Part shown: positions 62,613 to 64,000 of the stretch, one piece after another
Position numbering within the stretch: position 1 is the first letter of the stretch
How the letters are laid out: each line of letters opens with the position of its first letter
Source of the DNA: an uncultured Gammaproteobacteria bacterium
GTDB taxonomy: Bacteria > Pseudomonadota > Gammaproteobacteria > Xanthomonadales > SZUA-36
Assembly (NCBI GenBank): GCA_963753105.1
Contig: CAVWBD010000011.1
Coordinates: 11,802-75,801 of the forward strand
Direction: 5' to 3'
DNA length: 64,000 bases
Made by a program: the position numbers and the translations under genes
The notes under the pieces: generated by a model
What the model was told of the DNA's origin: nothing
What the model saw: the letters and a program-made list of their open reading frames with translations, nothing else
The model's database searches: none

Positions 62613-64000
62613 GTGTCGAGCGGCAAGGTGGTGGTGATCATCAGGCCGCCGTCCGGCCCCGGTTGCGCGGTAATCTGTCCACCGTGAGCTTCGATGATAT
62701 TGCGGCAGATGGCAAGGCCCAGGCCGCTGCCGCCTGAGTTGCGGTTACGGCTGGCCTCCATGCGGTAAAGACGTTCGAACATTCGTTCACATTCGTCCTT
62801 GCTGGCCCCCGGTGCGCTATCACTGATATGGAGTTGAGCCTGTAGGCCATCATCACCGAGAACGATCGAAATTTTGCCGCCGGCATCGGTGTACCGTACA
62901 GAATTGTCCAGCAGGTTGTGCAGGAGTTGGCGCAGACGCCGTTCGTCACCACGCAATCTGATGACCCGTTCCGGCTCCGTGAAATCGAGTTCAAGACCTT
63001 TCTCTGTGGCTGGGCCGGTAAACGATTCCACGGCCAGTTCAAGCAGGTCGTTGAAGTTCACCGGCGCCATCTTGTAGGCCAGTGCGCCTGAATCGGTCAT
63101 CGTCAGGCTGTGCAGATCATCAACCAGCACGGCGAGGTGTTTGACCTCGTCACGTACCGAGTCAAGCTGTTCCTTGTCCAGTGGGCGTATGCCGTCGCTC
63201 ATGGCCTCCAGTTCGCCGCTGATGATGGCCAACGGGGTACGCAGCTCGTGTGCAATGTCCGACATCGCGCGTTTACGTGCCGTCTCGTGCTCGCTGAGTG
63301 CAGCTGACAGGCGATTGACGTCTTCGCTCAACCTGGCGATCTCATCACTGCCTTTTGTGTCAAGCCTGGTATCAAAGTTACCGGCAGCCACGGAACGAAT
63401 ACCTTCAGCCACCTTATTGATGGGCCGGCTGAGGTGCCGGGCCAGCAACCAGGCCAGTAATACTGCCACTGCCAGGCCGATTCCCAGGCCCATCAGCAGA
63501 TGGTTACGCAGACGGTTGATAAAGGCTTCTTCTTCGGGCAGGTTGAAATCGTTCACCAGGGCAACACCTAGCCATCCGGTTACAAGCCCATCGACCTCGA
63601 TGGGCAGCAGGTAGTCTTCATCAAACTCCAGGGGCACTTCACCTACCACCGGTACTTTGTCTACGTCGAGCAGGAAAATGCGCTGGGGCAGGGCATTGCG
63701 TCCACCGGGGCCACCGGCAGGTCCTGCACCCTGGTGTGGTTGGCCTGGTCCCCGTCCTGCGGGTGGGCCTGCACCGGGGAACCTTTGGACACGGCGTCCT
63801 TCACGCCCCGGGGATTGTGACCTTCCCGGGCCTAACGCCAACCGGCCATTCGGGTCATCCAGCGACGCCGATAACATCAGGTAGAAAAATTCATGCGGGT
63901 TACTGGCGAGTTCCTGCCAGCTACCGTGAGCCTGGTACCAATCGGCCAGTTCGGGTACCAGCAACTCCAGCCTGCTGCGCTCCTGGTTCTGTAAAAAGTC
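62609..64000 (-). CDS. sensor histidine kinase (CpxA/BaeS-like), 5' end beyond the window
   Basis: HAMP, H-box SDIAHELRTPL, N-box LLHNLLDNSVRY, G-boxes. The stop overlaps the response-regulator start. The reading frame stays open to the window edge. Confidence 0.85.
   Translation of the reverse strand, partial: DFLQNQERSRLELLVPELADWYQAHGSWQELASNPHEFFYLMLSASLDDPNGRLALGPGRSQSPGREGRRVQRFPGAGPPAGRGPGQPHQGAGPAGGPGGRNALPQRIFLLDVDKVPVVGEVPLEFDEDYLLPIEVDGLVTGWLGVALVNDFNLPEEEAFINRLRNHLLMGLGIGLAVAVLLAWLLARHLSRPINKVAEGIRSVAAGNFDTRLDTKGSDEIARLSEDVNRLSAALSEHETARKRAMSDIAHELRTPLAIISGELEAMSDGIRPLDKEQLDSVRDEVKHLAVLVDDLHSLTMTDSGALAYKMAPVNFNDLLELAVESFTGPATEKGLELDFTEPERVIRLRGDERRLRQLLHNLLDNSVRYTDAGGKISIVLGDDGLQAQLHISDSAPGASKDECERMFERLYRMEASRNRNSGGSGLGLAICRNIIEAHGGQITAQPGPDGGLMITTTLPLDT

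Overview
This is a 64 kb chromosomal segment of a moderately GC-rich Gram-negative bacterium. The gene content (IPTL-CTERM protein, TonB-dependent receptor, GTAGGAG-type REP elements, Mrp genes) suggests a marine gammaproteobacterium, but that is a low-confidence inference. No rRNA, tRNA, CRISPR array, transposase or integrase was recognised.

The dominant feature is a roughly 12.6 kb, 17-gene co-directional operon at 21746-34322, with hypA just upstream. It encodes a membrane-bound group-4 [NiFe]-hydrogenase core (NuoH/B/C/D/I-like subunits, with all four Ni-Fe cysteine ligands retained). A complete MrpA-G antiporter gene set is embedded inside the operon. The operon is headed by a HydB/HydG (AsrA/AsrB)-like FeS plus FAD/NAD(P)-binding pair, which is normally associated with cytosolic group-3b sulfhydrogenases. 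It ends with a HycI-type maturation protease. A near-consensus FNR box with correctly spaced -10 hexamer precedes it. This chimeric, apparently NAD(P)H-linked, ion-translocating hydrogenase is the best candidate for an unusual or undescribed system.

The rest of the window is housekeeping and accessory:
- a Usp/triheme-cytochrome cluster and an IPTL-CTERM protein;
- peptidases, a patatin-like phospholipase, SelO and asnA;
- three paralogous TolB-N/TPR membrane proteins, two of them with ToxR/CadC-like DNA-binding heads flanking a TonB-dependent receptor;
- a DASS transporter, an acyl-CoA dehydrogenase and TPMT;
- a CpxP-like protein with an OmpR-family two-component system.

Two other patterns stand out:
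- About twenty frame disruptions are concentrated in 9 genes, while more than 40 kb of other ORFs are intact.
- There are at least three families of intergenic repeats: GGGGTCAGGTTCA palindromes, GTAGGAG-type REPs, and a 34-50 nt dispersed repeat.

All calls rest on reading the ORF translations and the sequence by eye. No database search was possible.
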